From contig NW_026963294.1 of NCBI RefSeq assembly GCF_036588685.1, positions 124,001 to 188,000 on the forward strand: a stretch of DNA of 64,000 bases, given 5' to 3'. The position numbers and the translations under genes are program-made. The stretch's first letter is position 1. The number at the start of each line of letters is the position of its first letter. This DNA is from Mytilus trossulus (Eukaryota). Below, piece after piece: positions 37,494 to 51,765 of this stretch. The notes under the pieces were generated by a model. The model was not told the origin of the DNA and did no database searches. It saw nothing but the letters and a program-made list of their open reading frames with translations.

Positions 37494-39023
37494 TGATTGA
37501 TTGCTTGATTGGTGTTTAACGCCACTTTTAGCAATATTGGCTATTTTTAGCCGTCAGATAATAATGGCGGAGGCAGCTGTAGTGCCCGAAGAGAACCACT
37601 TACTTCCAGCTGGAACACTAACAATCCTAGATAATAAAAAATTGATGCAAATGCACCTGACAAGTGCGAGGATCTAACTCAAAACTTTAGTGATGACAGA
37701 CCAGTGATACGCTAGTTTATATAGATTTAAGGAGAATGCACCTACCAAGTGCGAGGTTAGAACTCAAAACTTTAGTGATGGCAGACTAGTGATACGCTAG
37801 TTAATTAAGAGTTAAGGAGAATGCACCTGTCAAGTGCAAGGTTCGAACTCAAAATTTTAGTGATGACAGACTAGAGATACGCTAGTTTATATAGATTTCA
37901 GAAGAATGCACCTACCAAGTGCGAGGTTCGAACTCAAAACTTTAGTGATGACAGACTAGTGATACGCTAGTTAATTAAGATTTAAGGCAAATGCACCTAC
38001 CAAGTGCGAGGTTCGAACTCAAAACTTTAGTGATGACAGACTAGTGATACGCTAGTTTATATAGATTTAAGGAGAATGCACCTACCAAGTGCGAGGTTCG
38101 AAGTCAAAACTTTAGTGATGACAGACTAGTGATACGCTAGTTAATTAAGATTTAAGGCAAATGCACCTGTCAAGTGCGAGGTTCGAACTCAAAACTTTAG
38201 TGATGACAGACTAGTGATACGCTAATTGATTAAGATAGAAGGCAAATGCACCTGTCAAGTGCGAGGTTCGAACTCAAAACTTCAGTGATGACAGACTAGT
38301 GATACGCTAGTTGATTAAGATTTAAGGCAAATGCACCTGTCAAGTGCGAGGTTCGAACTCAAAACTTTAGTGATGACAGACTAGTGATACGCTAGTTAAT
38401 TAAGATTAAAGGCAAATGCACCTGTCAAGTGCGAGGTTCGAACTCAAAACTTTAGTGATGACAGACAAGTGATACGCTAGTTAATTAAGATTTAAGGCAA
38501 ATGCACCTGTCAAGTGCGAGGTTCGAACTCAAAACTTTAGTGATGACAGACTAGTGATACGCTAATTGATTAAGATTTAAGGCAAATGCACCTGTCAAGT
38601 GCTAGGTTCGAACTGAAAACTTCAGTGATGACAGACTAGTGATACGCTAGTTAATTAAGATTTAAGGCAAATGCACCTGTCCAGTGCGAGGTTCGAACTC
38701 AAAACTTTAGTGATGACAGACTAGTGATACGCTAGTTAATTAAGATTTAAGGCAAATGCACCTGTCAAGTGCTAGGTTCGAACTGAAAACTTCAGTGATG
38801 ACAGACTAGTGATACGCTAGTTGATTAAGATTAAAGGCAAATGCACCTGTCAAGTGCGAGGTTCGAACTCAAAACTTCAGTGATGACAGACTAGTGATAC
38901 GCTAGTTGAATAAGATTTAATGCGAATGCACCTGTCACGTGCGAGGTTCGAACTGAAAACTTTAGTGATGACAGACTAGTGATACACTAGTTGAATCTAC
39001 TTGGACCACTCGGCCATCGAGGC
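37494..39023 (-). mobile_element. tRNA-derived SINE with an internally amplified head
   Basis: A box TGGCCGAGTGG (about 39005-39016); B box GAGTTCGAACC; core gtggttctcttcgggcactac; 3' end gtggcgttaaacacc(aatc)n. Confidence 0.8.
37650..38998 (-). repeat. 85-bp tandem array (about 16 copies), each carrying a Pol III B box
   Basis: Unit aatgcacctgtcaagtgcgaggttcgaactcaaaactttagtgatgacagactagtgatacgctagttaattaagatttaaggca. Confidence 0.95.
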
Positions 39024-41009
39024 AACCGGTCTTTTCGGAGCCAAATATACTACCCCTTACGAAAGTCATTGTCCTTGATTGACGATTTTGTCCATTTTCT
39101 TGGAAATTTATCTTTAAACTATAATATATAGAAAGAAGCTCTACGGAGCAAAAACGATCAACCCAATAAGATCTACAAACAAGTCAGCACAGACGACTCT
39201 TGGAAGGAGTGGTTGCCCTTAAATGATGATAAATTTGAGATTAACGGAAACTTTACAAAATAGATAGAAAAAAAAGAGACAATGATTAGCAAATAAGACA
39301 TGATCAACAAATTAGCAAATAAGAAAGAAAAAAGAGGACCAATGGTTGATGGACTTCTTATAGCGTTAAATGATTGTTTTTTACAAATTTTGACTGTTTT
39401 TACCTTAAATCTTAAACTATTATACTAGATAGAGGGAAACTTTGAACAACGCAAAATTTCGATCTATTTATAATAGTTTTAAGACTTTCACCTTAAATCT
39501 TGAAACTATTATAGATAGATCGAAACTTTGAATAACAAAAACGATCATCAACGCAATGTTTGAAATTGTTGCTTACTATCATGAAAACACTAAACAATAG
39601 ATATAAACTCAGTCTAGAAAAAAAATGATCAGCAAGATCGGTTTTTAGCCCACAGATATTCTTTTTATCATGAATATGCTTATTGTAATGTATCTATTTC
39701 ATGCAATAATACCAAGCGAACAATACAAAAAACAGCCTCTAGTTTCAATATTGTCTGCATCGGCTTGTTAACTTGAAAAAAAAGTCATTAAAGAACCATA
39801 TAACGATATAGGTTTATTATGACCTTTTTTAAGTTAACACCGAAGAGTTGTGAAAAAGGTGACAAAGTAATGTGCTAGACCTACGTGTATTCAGCAAATA
39901 ACAATAAATAACAAGCTCTTGGCTTGGGACAGGAATATAAATAATTTGGTGAGGTTGTACATGTTAACAAGCGTCCAACCATCACCGAGTCCGGGAGCTG
40001 TAACAGCATAACTTACGTTACAGAAATGAGACTTGTTTGAACATAACAATATCAATCAGATAAAGCATTATGCTGATTAAAAAAGATACAAATAAGGAGA
40101 TTTTTCTTATGTCGTAATTATAGTTCGGCAAAGTCGATACCAAATGGTAATATAGATAATAATTGTCTTACATATACAACAATTCTAATACAATTTATAA
40201 TTCTAAATATTTATCATTACGATAAATTCTAAACTTCTATGTATCTCTGACATATTGATTACCTATCACGATAAATTTGCGCATCTTTTCTTTCTTAATT
40301 ATTGCCATAGATCGTCAACATTCCTTCATTTTTAGAACACGGATTAGGAATTTGTAATTGAAACGTATGACACAAAATTCTATGCTAATAACACGTCATC
40401 AGTTTTTTTAGCTTGCTATTTATTAATTAATGAATTTAAACAATGCCAACTATTTCGACTGACGATATTCATAAATATGTTAACATTGTGTCTTACAAAT
40501 ATTACTTCCAAAAATAATGCTCAATCTATTTCTCATCGGGGATTGCTATAACAATTTAAATAAGTTAAAGTGAAGTGAAAACCATCCTGTTAAAAAGAAG
40601 TTTGAACTTTCGTACAAATAAAATCTCTGTTAGGTTGTTCATATCCCAAAAAAAAGATGAGAAATTACTTATAAACAAAGGGCTAAACTCTCATTATATT
40701 AAATACGGCACTACACGAAAAGGCAGATTTGCAACAATTTGGACAGTCATGTAAATCTTTGACAAATGTAACTACTTTTCTGCAAGATATCTTTGCGGAC
40801 CTGCTAATGTATATGTAAATGTATTATTCCTTTGACATTATTTAGGAGGTAGTCAAAGATATGCTAAAGATAATTATTTTATTTCCATAGCTTTAGTCAT
40901 TCTCCAAAGATATGTAAAGATAGGCCATAGATTTACATGCACTTTCCAAGATAGGAGATATATGCAAAGTTTAAAATTTGCATAACTGATTTACAGTGGT
41001 GTGGGCAGT

Positions 41010-41385
41010 TTTGAGAGACCGCGGTTTATAAAACATTCACAACCAATGTAAATGCTGTCAAATGTTTGTGTAATATTTGCAAACGTTTGTCGATATCGTT
41101 CCTGAATGTAAAGAAATGTATTTTATTTACTAATACTTTCCAGTATTATAGTTATTTTGGTAAATATTGATATTTGCAACACATCTTTACAGACGTATGC
41201 AAAGCTTTGAGAGACCGCGGTTTATAAAACATTTACGACCAATGAAAATGCTGACAAATGTTTGTGTTATATTTGCAGACGTTTGTCGATATCGTTTATG
41301 TATGTAAAGAAATGTATTTTCTTTACTAATACTTTCCAGTATTACAGTTATTTTGATAAATATTGATATTTGCAACACATCTTTA
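41010..41385. repeat. ~196-bp tandem duplication in the CACTA left subterminal region
   Basis: tttgagagaccgcggtttataaaacatt...tgcaacacatctttac occurs twice. Confidence 0.9.
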
Positions 41386-43415
41386 CGTTTGTAACAGTAA
41401 ATTGATACTTTTTTTATAGCTTAAAGACACATAATGAATGGATTGATGGATTGATTTGTATAAACGTCCAGCTGCAAATGCTACATCAAACTCAGTTATA
41501 GGGAGAAATGCACTAATATAATAACACTGTACTATATTATAAGCAGCATTACTTTTTGTACTTCAAAATACGAAAAGAAACCGATGGAATTCAATGACAT
41601 CATATTTATTAGAATGAACTCTAAACCAGAATAAATAATCTAATGATCATATCGATCAAAGCGGTACGTTTTTTTTTTACCCAAGCTTAAGTACCAATAT
41701 TGGTGTGGACTTGGAAAAAGTTAGTTTAGTTTCTGCTTATTTGTGATCTTTTCTCATTTAAATCAAGAGAATAATTGAATAATTATTTTGTTCAATATCA
41801 CTTAAGCCAAGGCGTGTGTTTTCAATGTTATGCATAATCGTATGATTTGAAAATACACGAGAATGCACGTACATGTACATGTATTTTATCAGAATGGTTA
41901 TGATTACAATTGAAAATGCCTCATAATACAAAAAAGAAATAGTATCAAGTATCCCTCAATAAGTGGTAAATATGTCACTCGTGTGTAAATTAATGGATTT
42001 TCCCCGACTGTGAAATGGTCCATCTTTTAGCACTACAGGGTTCCTTAAAAGGAAAATCGTATATGTTAATTACCAAAAATGATCTTATAACGCTAATTGG
42101 GTATAATAAAATCCAGACGTTCTAAAGAGATTAATAATATAAACATGTACAAATCATGCAAATTATACGCAAGCCAAGAATATGGCAGATAAAGGCATCG
42201 GGATTATTTCTATAATTAAACATGCAGTTTGTATTCATGAAAATGAGTTAAACTTTGAAAAAGGCAAATAATTTAAAAGTTTACATGCTAGAAAATTACA
42301 GAAGAAATTAGAACAGTAGCCTTGTATCTTAATTCTGTTGAGGATAAACACCATTTCATATTTAAAAGTAGAATGTACATGTCCACGTTTTCAAGCTTAT
42401 TAACTAGAAATATGTTGAAATTATATACAGTAAAAGTATTTTAAAACAATTATCTTTTGTATATAAAACATGCATTCTCGTTTCCCCGCTTCTGATATAT
42501 ATAGCAGATTTCATTTTGATGCAAAGCAAATGATTTAACCTTTAACTTGGATATACTCTCTGTATTTCGTGTTTCAACAAGAATAAAAATGACCAACATT
42601 AATGGAAAAAAACCCATCAATTTCCATAATCTTCCTTCTACTATATTAATCTAATTATAGTCACATTTTCTTATCAAGATTAATAAGATTTAATTATTTC
42701 AAATTTATAAAATGTTGTTGCTGAATGGTGTAAATGTTAATCGCCGATATCGAAATATACCTCCATTTTGTCATAAGTAACAACATATTAAAATTTGAAA
42801 ACCTTTGGATGAAAGGTTCGTAGATTATCGAACGGAAACGATTGGAACAGCCCGCCCGCTCGTCTGCAGTACAACAATAAATCAATAACGGGACTGGAAT
42901 CCGTAAAAAAAAATAGCAAGTCATAAATAAATGTAAAATACACCCGGTTTACCGTCATCCTCATATATATGTCGTATACTTTATTTAAAACTGGTGTTTG
43001 TCTTTGAGTCTCTTTTTGTTTTTACTCAATGCCATCAGAAGTGTGTCGGCACTGATACAAGAAGACCGGGCGGAAGGACAGACATTCTGTATTTCTATGT
43101 TCCCATCGACGCGTCGCGTGGGAGACAAAAATACAACGACATCTTAAAATCATGTTCAATTTAGATTCATATTAATTTGCACTTTGGTCTTCGGGGATGT
43201 GTGTGTTTTTGGTGTTTTGAGTTAGACATGATGAACAGTCCTGGAACAGCTAGTTAAAAACGCACCTTTTCACAAAGTGGGCAGACAAAACGACCCACAA
43301 ACGATTAGCAAAGTTGACTTTTTGTGGGGGCATCTTGGTCACAAAGGCGTCAGAAAAAGCCCGAGAGTATTCACAATCTATTTTAAGGAGTTTTCTTAAA
43401 CAATTTGGAAATAAG

Positions 43416-43600
43416 TATGGCGTTCATTATCACTGAACTAGTATATACATGTATTTGTTTAGGGGCCAGGTGAAGGACGTCCCCGGGTGCGGAAATTTCT
43501 CGCAACATTGAAGACCTGTTGGTGACCTTCTGTTGTTGGTTTTTCTATGGTCAGGTTGTTGTCTCTTTGGCACATTTCTCATTTCCATTCTCAATTTTAA
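43416..43600 (+). mobile_element. Retroposon family 1, 3' fragment
   Basis: Matches 25485-25660. Confidence 0.85.
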
Positions 43601-43809
43601 ATATCTTTTTCATTCCGATGTAACTCGATTAAAAGTAAAAGTGTGTTAAGAAATTTAGGAATCTGGAGAAATGCCATTCGGTATCGTGTTTCTTGATATT
43701 AGTACACAGTTTTGCAAAGCTCTGATTCCATTAGGATTTGGCTATACTTTTTGGATTATAGCTCTTCATCTTTTATATAAGCTTTGGATTTCAAATATTT
43801 TGGCCACGA

Positions 43810-43853
43810 GCATCACTGAAAAGACATGTATTGTCGAAATGCGCATCTGGTGC
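43810..43853 (+). ncRNA. Minimal type I hammerhead of a second retrozyme family, core variant CUGAAAA
   Basis: gcatca CTGAAAA gaca tgtat tgtc GAAA tgcgca TC tggtgc. Confidence 0.75.
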
Positions 43854-44834
43854 AAGAAAATTAGTAACGTTAATTTTATTTGGAATACGAAGAAAAATTT
43901 CCCACTTGCAGGGGAACACGAAACTGCATTAAAAAAAAAAAAAAAAATAAAGAATAGAAAGAGAAAAAGATAGACTAACAGTTTAAGAATAAAGAATAGT
44001 GGGCCTCTAGAATATAAAGAAAAGAGAATAACATGCAAAATTTGTATAGAATACAGAAAACTATGGCGTAAATAATATTAAGAATAAAAGAACACCCACC
44101 TCCCTCCTTTTCTAGACCCTCTTTTATCATATATATTTTACTTTTGATCCTTCTCGGAACGCTCGGTTATTTTTTTAATTTGATCTACTTGAATCGTCTT
44201 TGAATTCTCATAGAATATGATGTGTGTCAACATTTTTTTTACTGAAAAATTGTAATAGTGATCAGGGGCATCCCAATATTTATCTTAGTTGATGAAAATA
44301 GCGACTGCAGTTTTTTGGAGCGCAAAACTTGTCCTAACAAACTATACCCTAATAAGTTGATGTATCACAGGAAAGCAGTATCTTACACCCCCCCCCCCCA
44401 AAAAAAAAACGAAAAAAAAACAACATCCCCCCACACACAAAATTACAATAAAAAAAAACGTTATTGCTAGTACAAATGTATCTGGACAATGACATGCGAT
44501 TCCCAATGCTAGTTAATACGGGTCCAGTACTAGTCCATAACTTGTGTGCATTGTTTAGTTGATACAATCGTGAAATGAGTGTGCGTCTCTTGCCAAAAGC
44601 AATTTACGTCAACATTTCTTTTTACATTTGATCCCATCATATTTTTGTAGCATTCTTTACAATGATTATTAATTTATGAATTAACACTTTGAATAGTTAT
44701 TTGAATATACAGGCATTTGCATTGATAGATTCTGCCAGATTTGCAACTTGCATAATTAACTAATTAAAAATTATAGTAATTAAATTCTACAGGTCACGCT
44801 TGGTACCGAAAGGACTAAAACTTCCATAGATAAG

Positions 44835-45282
44835 CCTACCCGGCCACGTCCACTTGTATTTTTTCTATCTGATGAGTTAGGCCTTTTTCAACTGATTTTT
44901 TTAGATTGTTCTTATGTTATACTGTTATACCACTGTCCCAGGTTAGGGGAGGGTTGGGATCTCGCTAACATGTTTAACCGCGCCACATTATGTATGTATG
45001 TGCCTGTCCCAAGTCAGGAGCCTGTAACTCAGTGATGGTCGTTTTCTTATGTGTTACATATTTGCTTTTCGTTCATTTTTTTACATAAATAAGGCCGTTA
45101 GTTTTCTCTTTTGAATTGTTTTACATTGTCTTATCGGGGCTTTTATAGCTGACTATGCGGTATGGGCTTTGCTCATTGTTGAAGGTCGTACGGTGACCTA
45201 TAGTTGTTAGTGTTTGTGTCATTTCGGTCTTTTGTGGATAATTGTCTCATTGGCAATCATACCACATTTTCTTTTTTATATT
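44835..45282 (+). mobile_element. Retroposon family 2 with a twister-like module at 44930-45035
   Basis: gggagggttgggatc...tttaaccgcgcc...gcctgtcccaagtcaggagcctg; 3' end ttgtctcattggcaatcataccacat. Related fragments at 19790-19860, 46895-47195 and 47700-47892. Confidence 0.8.
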
Positions 45283-48200
45283 TAAATTGAAGTTCAACCT
45301 GAATAGGTATTACAACATCGTTAACGGAGAAGTTGTATGTAAAAAAGATGTTGTATGATAGCCAATGGGACGAATAGGTACCAAAGCATGATGCGAGTTA
45401 AAGATTGAAAAATCAGAAATGTGCTGTTGAAGGCCGTACTTTAACCTATAATGGTTTAATTTTTGAATTGTTGTTTGGATGGAGAGTTGTCTCATTGGCA
45501 CTCACACCACATCTTCCTATATCTACCTGATATATTCATAGACACAGAGGCTTGTCACTTTTTTGTTTATCTTTTTATTGGAAAATATTCTTTAATATTT
45601 CAACTTATTTAGAGTTTTAAACGTTTATCAATGCGATTTGAATATAACGATAGTTCATGTATTTTGCCCCTCTTTCCTTTTCCCCGCCTGTATGAAAAGC
45701 AAGTACAATGATACATGTTTCCGACTCCACTGTTAAAGTACAAATGATACATGTAGTTATTTTTCGACTTTGCGTAAAATATTTTGAAGAAAGAAGTGCA
45801 AGATATTCCATTGTTCAAACACGAATCATATAACTGTCATTTCCGCTAAAACTATAAGTCTAGACTTCGTCATGTTGTACAGGGTACAATTGCCTTTTAT
45901 CTTTTAAAGATATGTTTCCATGGTTTTTTTTTATCTTGTATTGTGACTGTCATTTGTTTTTTGTGTTGTGTGTATAGTATATGTTGTGTAGACCCGTAAG
46001 TTTTTGAGATGCTGATCCAAGCCTAAAAAATGTCTTCTTGAATAATGTTAAAACAAAATGAATTTGTCACATCAATTCTTGTTATTTCAATTAAAAAAGT
46101 GTACAAAGTATATTATTATGTTAAATGTAATTATTGCCAAAAAAATAAAAAAAAATAAAAACTAAAACTTATTTGATCATGACAGACAAAATACGATTCC
46201 TGTCAAAGTACATATGAAAGCTCTAAAATTTTAGGATAGAATAGGCGATAAATGAGATATCGAATGACTAACAGTTCGACAAGTTGCTTGCTTTAAAAAA
46301 AGAAATGCAATCGTAAACCCAAATGCTTGTTTGGCATTATATATATATTAGATAATTGTTTAATAAAGATGTATTGTTTTATATTACTTTTGTTGTGCAT
46401 AAGAATTAGAAACTGACATTGCCTGTTTACTTCATGTAATACCGGCGTCACACATCAACGTATAGATCCGACGTACGTCGACCGTGGTAAAAAAATTCAT
46501 GCACGCTACCAATACGCTAGTAATTTTGATGCATTCAACCTGTCAATTATATCTGTATCGTGTGCACAACCAGCTTAAAGCGTGTATTGGGTGTGCGTAA
46601 AGCGTACCTAAGCGTTTCTCCTAGTCTTTCTACATTCCCAACTGCAGATCTGGGCCGGCTATATGTAAATGTTTGTCAATAAGTCTGTCACATTCGCCCG
46701 TCTCTTTACATGTTTACCAGTCCGTCTATGTTCACTAGCTTTGAAATAGCTTTCGGTAAGTGCGATTATTTTAGTGATTTGTGTCTATTGTTTTTATGTA
46801 AGTGATTATTGTGCACCGTAGCCATATTTTTAGGGACGCGAATTACAACTGATAGTTTACAGTTTTTTCTTGCGATGTGTTGTCTTTAAGGTTTGGTCCA
46901 TTTGGGAGGGTTGGGTTTATGGCCACCACATTGTTTATGTACCAATGTCCATTCTAAAGCCAGAAACATGTAGTACAGTGGTTGTTGTTCATAATTCATG
47001 TCGGTCAACTTTTTTTTCGTAAATTATTTTGTTATTAATAATTAAATGCTGTTTAGTTTTGTTTGATTTTTGTTTTTAAATCTTAATGGTCGGGGCATTT
47101 AATAGCCGACTAAATAGTTTTTTTTTCATTTTTGGAGGCCTTTAAAGACTTACTACCACGTCATTGTAACTCTGGTTTGTACTTGTATCATTAGTGCTGG
47201 ACCATGGTCGTTCCTATGTACCTTTGAGGCAGGCGGGATATTTTTGTAGATCTTGTACAGCTCAAACTAATGGGATTAGTTCCTGTACTTCTATGTCTAG
47301 TCCCATGTTGCATGCCAGTGGTTGGAGAGGGTGTAATATCTTCTGTAGGTTTGATGAAGTTTCAACCGTATCGGATTTCTTCTCCTGAATGAAAGCTTTA
47401 AGGCGACGAGTATCAGTTGTGTATGGAATGTGCCCTTAACGTGTCTCAAACGAATCTGTAGCGTTTTCAACGCTCGTGTAGCGTGAATATATGTGCGTGT
47501 AGTTTACAGGTATACGCTTGACAACCGCTTGAGCTGAATGAATTATTTTATGTTCCATTAAAATTTTCCTGAAATAAAAGCGTTCACCAAGCCTATACCT
47601 TTGCATTTCGACGTACTTCAAACTTATGGAACGCGGGTTTAAACGCTTGCGTAGCGTTCCTCTGGTGATCAACTAATTTACGCATACGATGATACGAACT
47701 TTGTTAATTTTCTTTTTTGACTGATTGTTTTTTACATTATCATTTCGGACCCTTTTATAGCCGACTATGCAGTACGTGCTTTGCCTGTTGTTGAAGGCCG
47801 TACGGTGACCAATAGTTTGTATTTCTGTGTTATTTTGGTTTCTTGTAGATAGTTGACTTATTGACACCAAACCATATCTTCTTTTTTATATTCGATATCT
47901 TATCGCCGACCTGGTTAGGTCTGCTAAAAATGCATTCATGATTTATTTTTAGGTTATCAGTCGTAATTAAATTGGCACATTTAATTGGTTGTTTCATTGC
48001 TTGAAGTATCATTTCTTACATCTGCATGGTCAAATGTGTATTTTTTTTAAATAAATTTTAGATTTAGATTTCAGTCACGGTAATTTTCCCCCCTTCATAT
48101 TGAATATCTATACTTATCAGTCGCATTTTAATGACGAAAAGGATTCAGAGGTTATTATGTGACCTCCTTGTTTTTCAAAAAAGTAAATAATGTTGCAATA

Positions 48201-51200
48201 TTTAAACAAAGAAAATAACTTTAAATTTGCAATATTCATGAAAATAAATACGGACATAACTTTCATAATTCATTTTAACGTTATTTTCAATAAACAAATT
48301 TATTTTTGAAAAATCCTCGTTTTTACACCTATTTGAGGCACGTATTTATGATTATATTTCCATGTCCTTGGTCTATCCTAGACGTAAAATTTTAAAAAGT
48401 GCTAATACTTTTTTTTTTAAAGATTTTATTTTTAATTTTTCTCGTTAAAATATTTTATATTTTGATATTCAATATCTATTCAATTTTATTTCTATTTTTT
48501 TTTTTTTTTATTAAAGTTGCAATATTTACACAAAAAAAACTGTAATTTAATCATAAGCAAGAAAGACTTCCCTTTAATTTCAGTATAAAAGAATAAATAG
48601 CTTACTTTTTACAACATGTACATCTTCACTCAACATGTAAACGTAAAATTTAAAATAAAATACTACTAAAACTCTTTCTAAAGATTTTATTTTTAATTAT
48701 TCTCGTTCAGAATATAAAGCGCATTGTTTACATGAAATCTTATCTCATATCTAAACACAGCTGGTTACATCTTTTGATTAATTAAAATACTACGCATGTA
48801 GGTTAATATTAGCAGCTTGTAATCGTGTGCAAGAAAATATTATATCATAATAAATTTCAGATCATACGTAAAATATCTCTATAGCAACTTAAGATGCTAA
48901 TGCATATTCAACAGATTAGGAAGCTATTGCGCATGCATTTGAAAGGTGGTCATAGCTATTGCGCATGTATTTGAAAGGTGGTCATATAAAGAACAGAAGT
49001 GTTCCGAATAACATCCGGTGTTCCGAAAGACTACATCACTCGTCCAATATATACTGCGTAAACCCTCAGGGGTTTACGCAATAACTTATTTCAGTTTTGC
49101 GTATTTAAAAACAACACAATCAAATTACAACGGGAGAATTGTTTTAGGACAATGTATAATGTTATTAATCATACAGATATGATAATTGTTTGTGCCTTAT
49201 ATTGATGGATATTGATACTAGCGGTGGTCTTCTATTGATCTTTTCGGACCAGATATTTCTGTAAAAGGTGATAATTGTCACATTTCACTGCTGATAAACC
49301 CCGTTGATCGGAGGAAGGGCGACATCTCGTCGATGGAATGATATTATCTATCGACTTTGCTTGATTTCATTGGTAAATTGTGTGTCAATTATGACACGTG
49401 ACTCGCTGGTTCTTTGTTAGTAATGTTTAACGTTCATCCTCACACACAATACAGTTTTTGCAGAGAGAACTTCATGTAGCACACGGAGTTCAACATCTCC
49501 TGACTGGACTTAACGGATAAGGAAAACAAATATTACAAAAGTGAAATATTCGTCAATAGATTTAATGTTTAAGTAGTTGTGCAAACTAGCCGATTCTTAA
49601 AAGACATTCTCTCAAGATGTGTTTTGTGTCAAATATTATGAAGGAATATTTCTATTTCAGAAACTTGGACTTTTTATAAAAACTTGATAAATCGATCGAT
49701 AACCTTCCGAAGGGTATCGATTTAAATTTGATACTACGGCCGCATATGTAGTATTGTTAAGGCTTAAAATGTATATAGTATATATACTCTGCAGTAACAT
49801 ATACATGTATAATACATATTGTAGTAAAATTTATATGTCTCTTTAAAAAATATATATGTTTTATAAACAGAGTGAATTATGACTCGTGCAATTCCAGAAG
49901 TTTCAAAGCGATACTCGAAGGAAACTATCGTTTTATGCGAATGAACCATCCTAACTTATCGAGTAACAAGATGTTGATGGATAAAGAAATTTACGCAGTA
50001 CATCAAATAGAGCTCGAGAAGAGATCAAGAACCGATCAAGATCCGCCTTTTTTTTTTTTTTTTTTTTTTTTATTAAAACGAAATTATTAAAATACATGTA
50101 TAATAAATGATATTACCAATATGCCAAAACCAATCCCAAATCAGCTATATTTGTCATATCATAGCTTGACCAGTAAAGCTATGGCAATATTTGTCAATAT
50201 AATCTGCATCTTTCAAATATATCAGCAAATTAAAAGCAAACATATCTATTTACCATACATTTCTAGCTGTCTGAAATATCTTTCTTTGTCATTTCTTTGC
50301 ATATGTATTCAAAGTAACACATGCCCAATATATTTACACATACATTTCTAGCTGTCTGAAATATCTTTCTTTATCATTTAATTGCATATGTATTCAAAGT
50401 TGCATATGCCCAATATATTTACACATGTCATTGATATTATCATTTGACCACATTTCTTAGTTAAACAAATTGTCTGCAAATCTATGTATTTACCATACAT
50501 TTCTGAATATGTTCAAAGGCTTTTGATATGTTCTGATTTGACATACATTTCAGTCGACAATAAAGACTAACAAAATTATTTCTTTACAATACATTTGACA
50601 GGTCTCTACAGATTAAAGGAAATGATGCTTTACACCCCTCTATAAAGTTCTCGTTTTGAATTGGTTTACATACCAGGAAAATGTAGATGCACCTTACACT
50701 TTATAACCCCTATAAAATCATTTGAATGATGATACTTTGCTACCTGGACAAAGAAACACATTTGCGGATAAATTTACATCATAGAAAAATACATGACAAA
50801 GATTTCCATTTGCAGAGGTATACAAATACATAAGTTTGAAAAAGTTTTGCGACGGTCATAAATATATATAAATTCTAAACTTCAAAATGGTTTGATTAGG
50901 TGTTAATATATTTTATAAACCGCGGTCTCTCATAACCGCCCATAGGAGGGTATAGCACAATAAATATTGATATTTACAGCATGTAAAGACAAGATAAACT
51001 AAATGCAGCGGTTTGTAGATATATGTAAATGTCGGTCTCTAAAAACATTTACATAACATTTGCCTACCTCTTCAAATCCGGGATTTCGTCTAGTGCGGAC
51101 GAACAGAAACTAAGTCATGAAACTACAATGTAACTATCATTTCGACAAAATTCGAACAAATGAAAAAAAAACAACATTTGTTTTCGTTTTACAAAATTGC

Positions 51201-51765
51201 TAACTCATTCATGTCATTAATGAAAGTTACTTATATTGGTACTAAAAACAAATATTATTACAATAAATGACTTAATATGAAAAAAAAATATGACAACGTA
51301 TACGTAGACGTCAAAGATCCAACAACGGAGATATGTAGTGTAGAGTCCATACTAAAGAGGGAAAATGTTAACACAGACATAAAATTCATTTAGACAGAAC
51401 CATACAAATGTGACATCATATATATAAATTGTGTATGACTGTAAATTATCTTGATGGAGTTTTTGAGCCAGACACACTGAAACCGATATATAAGAGCGCA
51501 TCAATGTTACCCCCATGAAAAGAAGTCCAAGCTGAACACTATAAAACAAAGACATGCAAGCACTTTCATGGTGTTTTTAGTTTCAAAAGAAAACATTTGA
51601 GACAGATTTAAAAAATTAAACAGACATAGAAAAGCATATTGGACAAAGGCAAATGATACCAAAGAGACAGTAGAACGAACACGTCGAAAATAAACTGACA
51701 ATGGTTAAAACAGAAAAGGACAAAGAGACAAACAGTACACAAAATACAAAACACAAAGATTGAGC

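Larger units (their letters stand above)
40709..51095. mobile_element. Non-coding CACTA (EnSpm) element, 10,387 bp
   Basis: TIRs CACTACACGAAA / TTTCGTCTAGTG; 3-bp TSD CGG; subterminal inverted repeat gagagaccgcggtttataaaa (about 41013 and 41209 versus 50912-50931). Confidence 0.88.

Noticed and set aside
37650-38998. tRNA gene array
   Set aside because: The units have only a B box and no cloverleaf; they are SINE-derived
44868-44895. CTGATGA as a hammerhead core
   Set aside because: There is no stem II followed by GAAA
46440-47695. Possible Harbinger-like element starting ccggcgtcacac
   Set aside because: No matching right TIR or TSD was found
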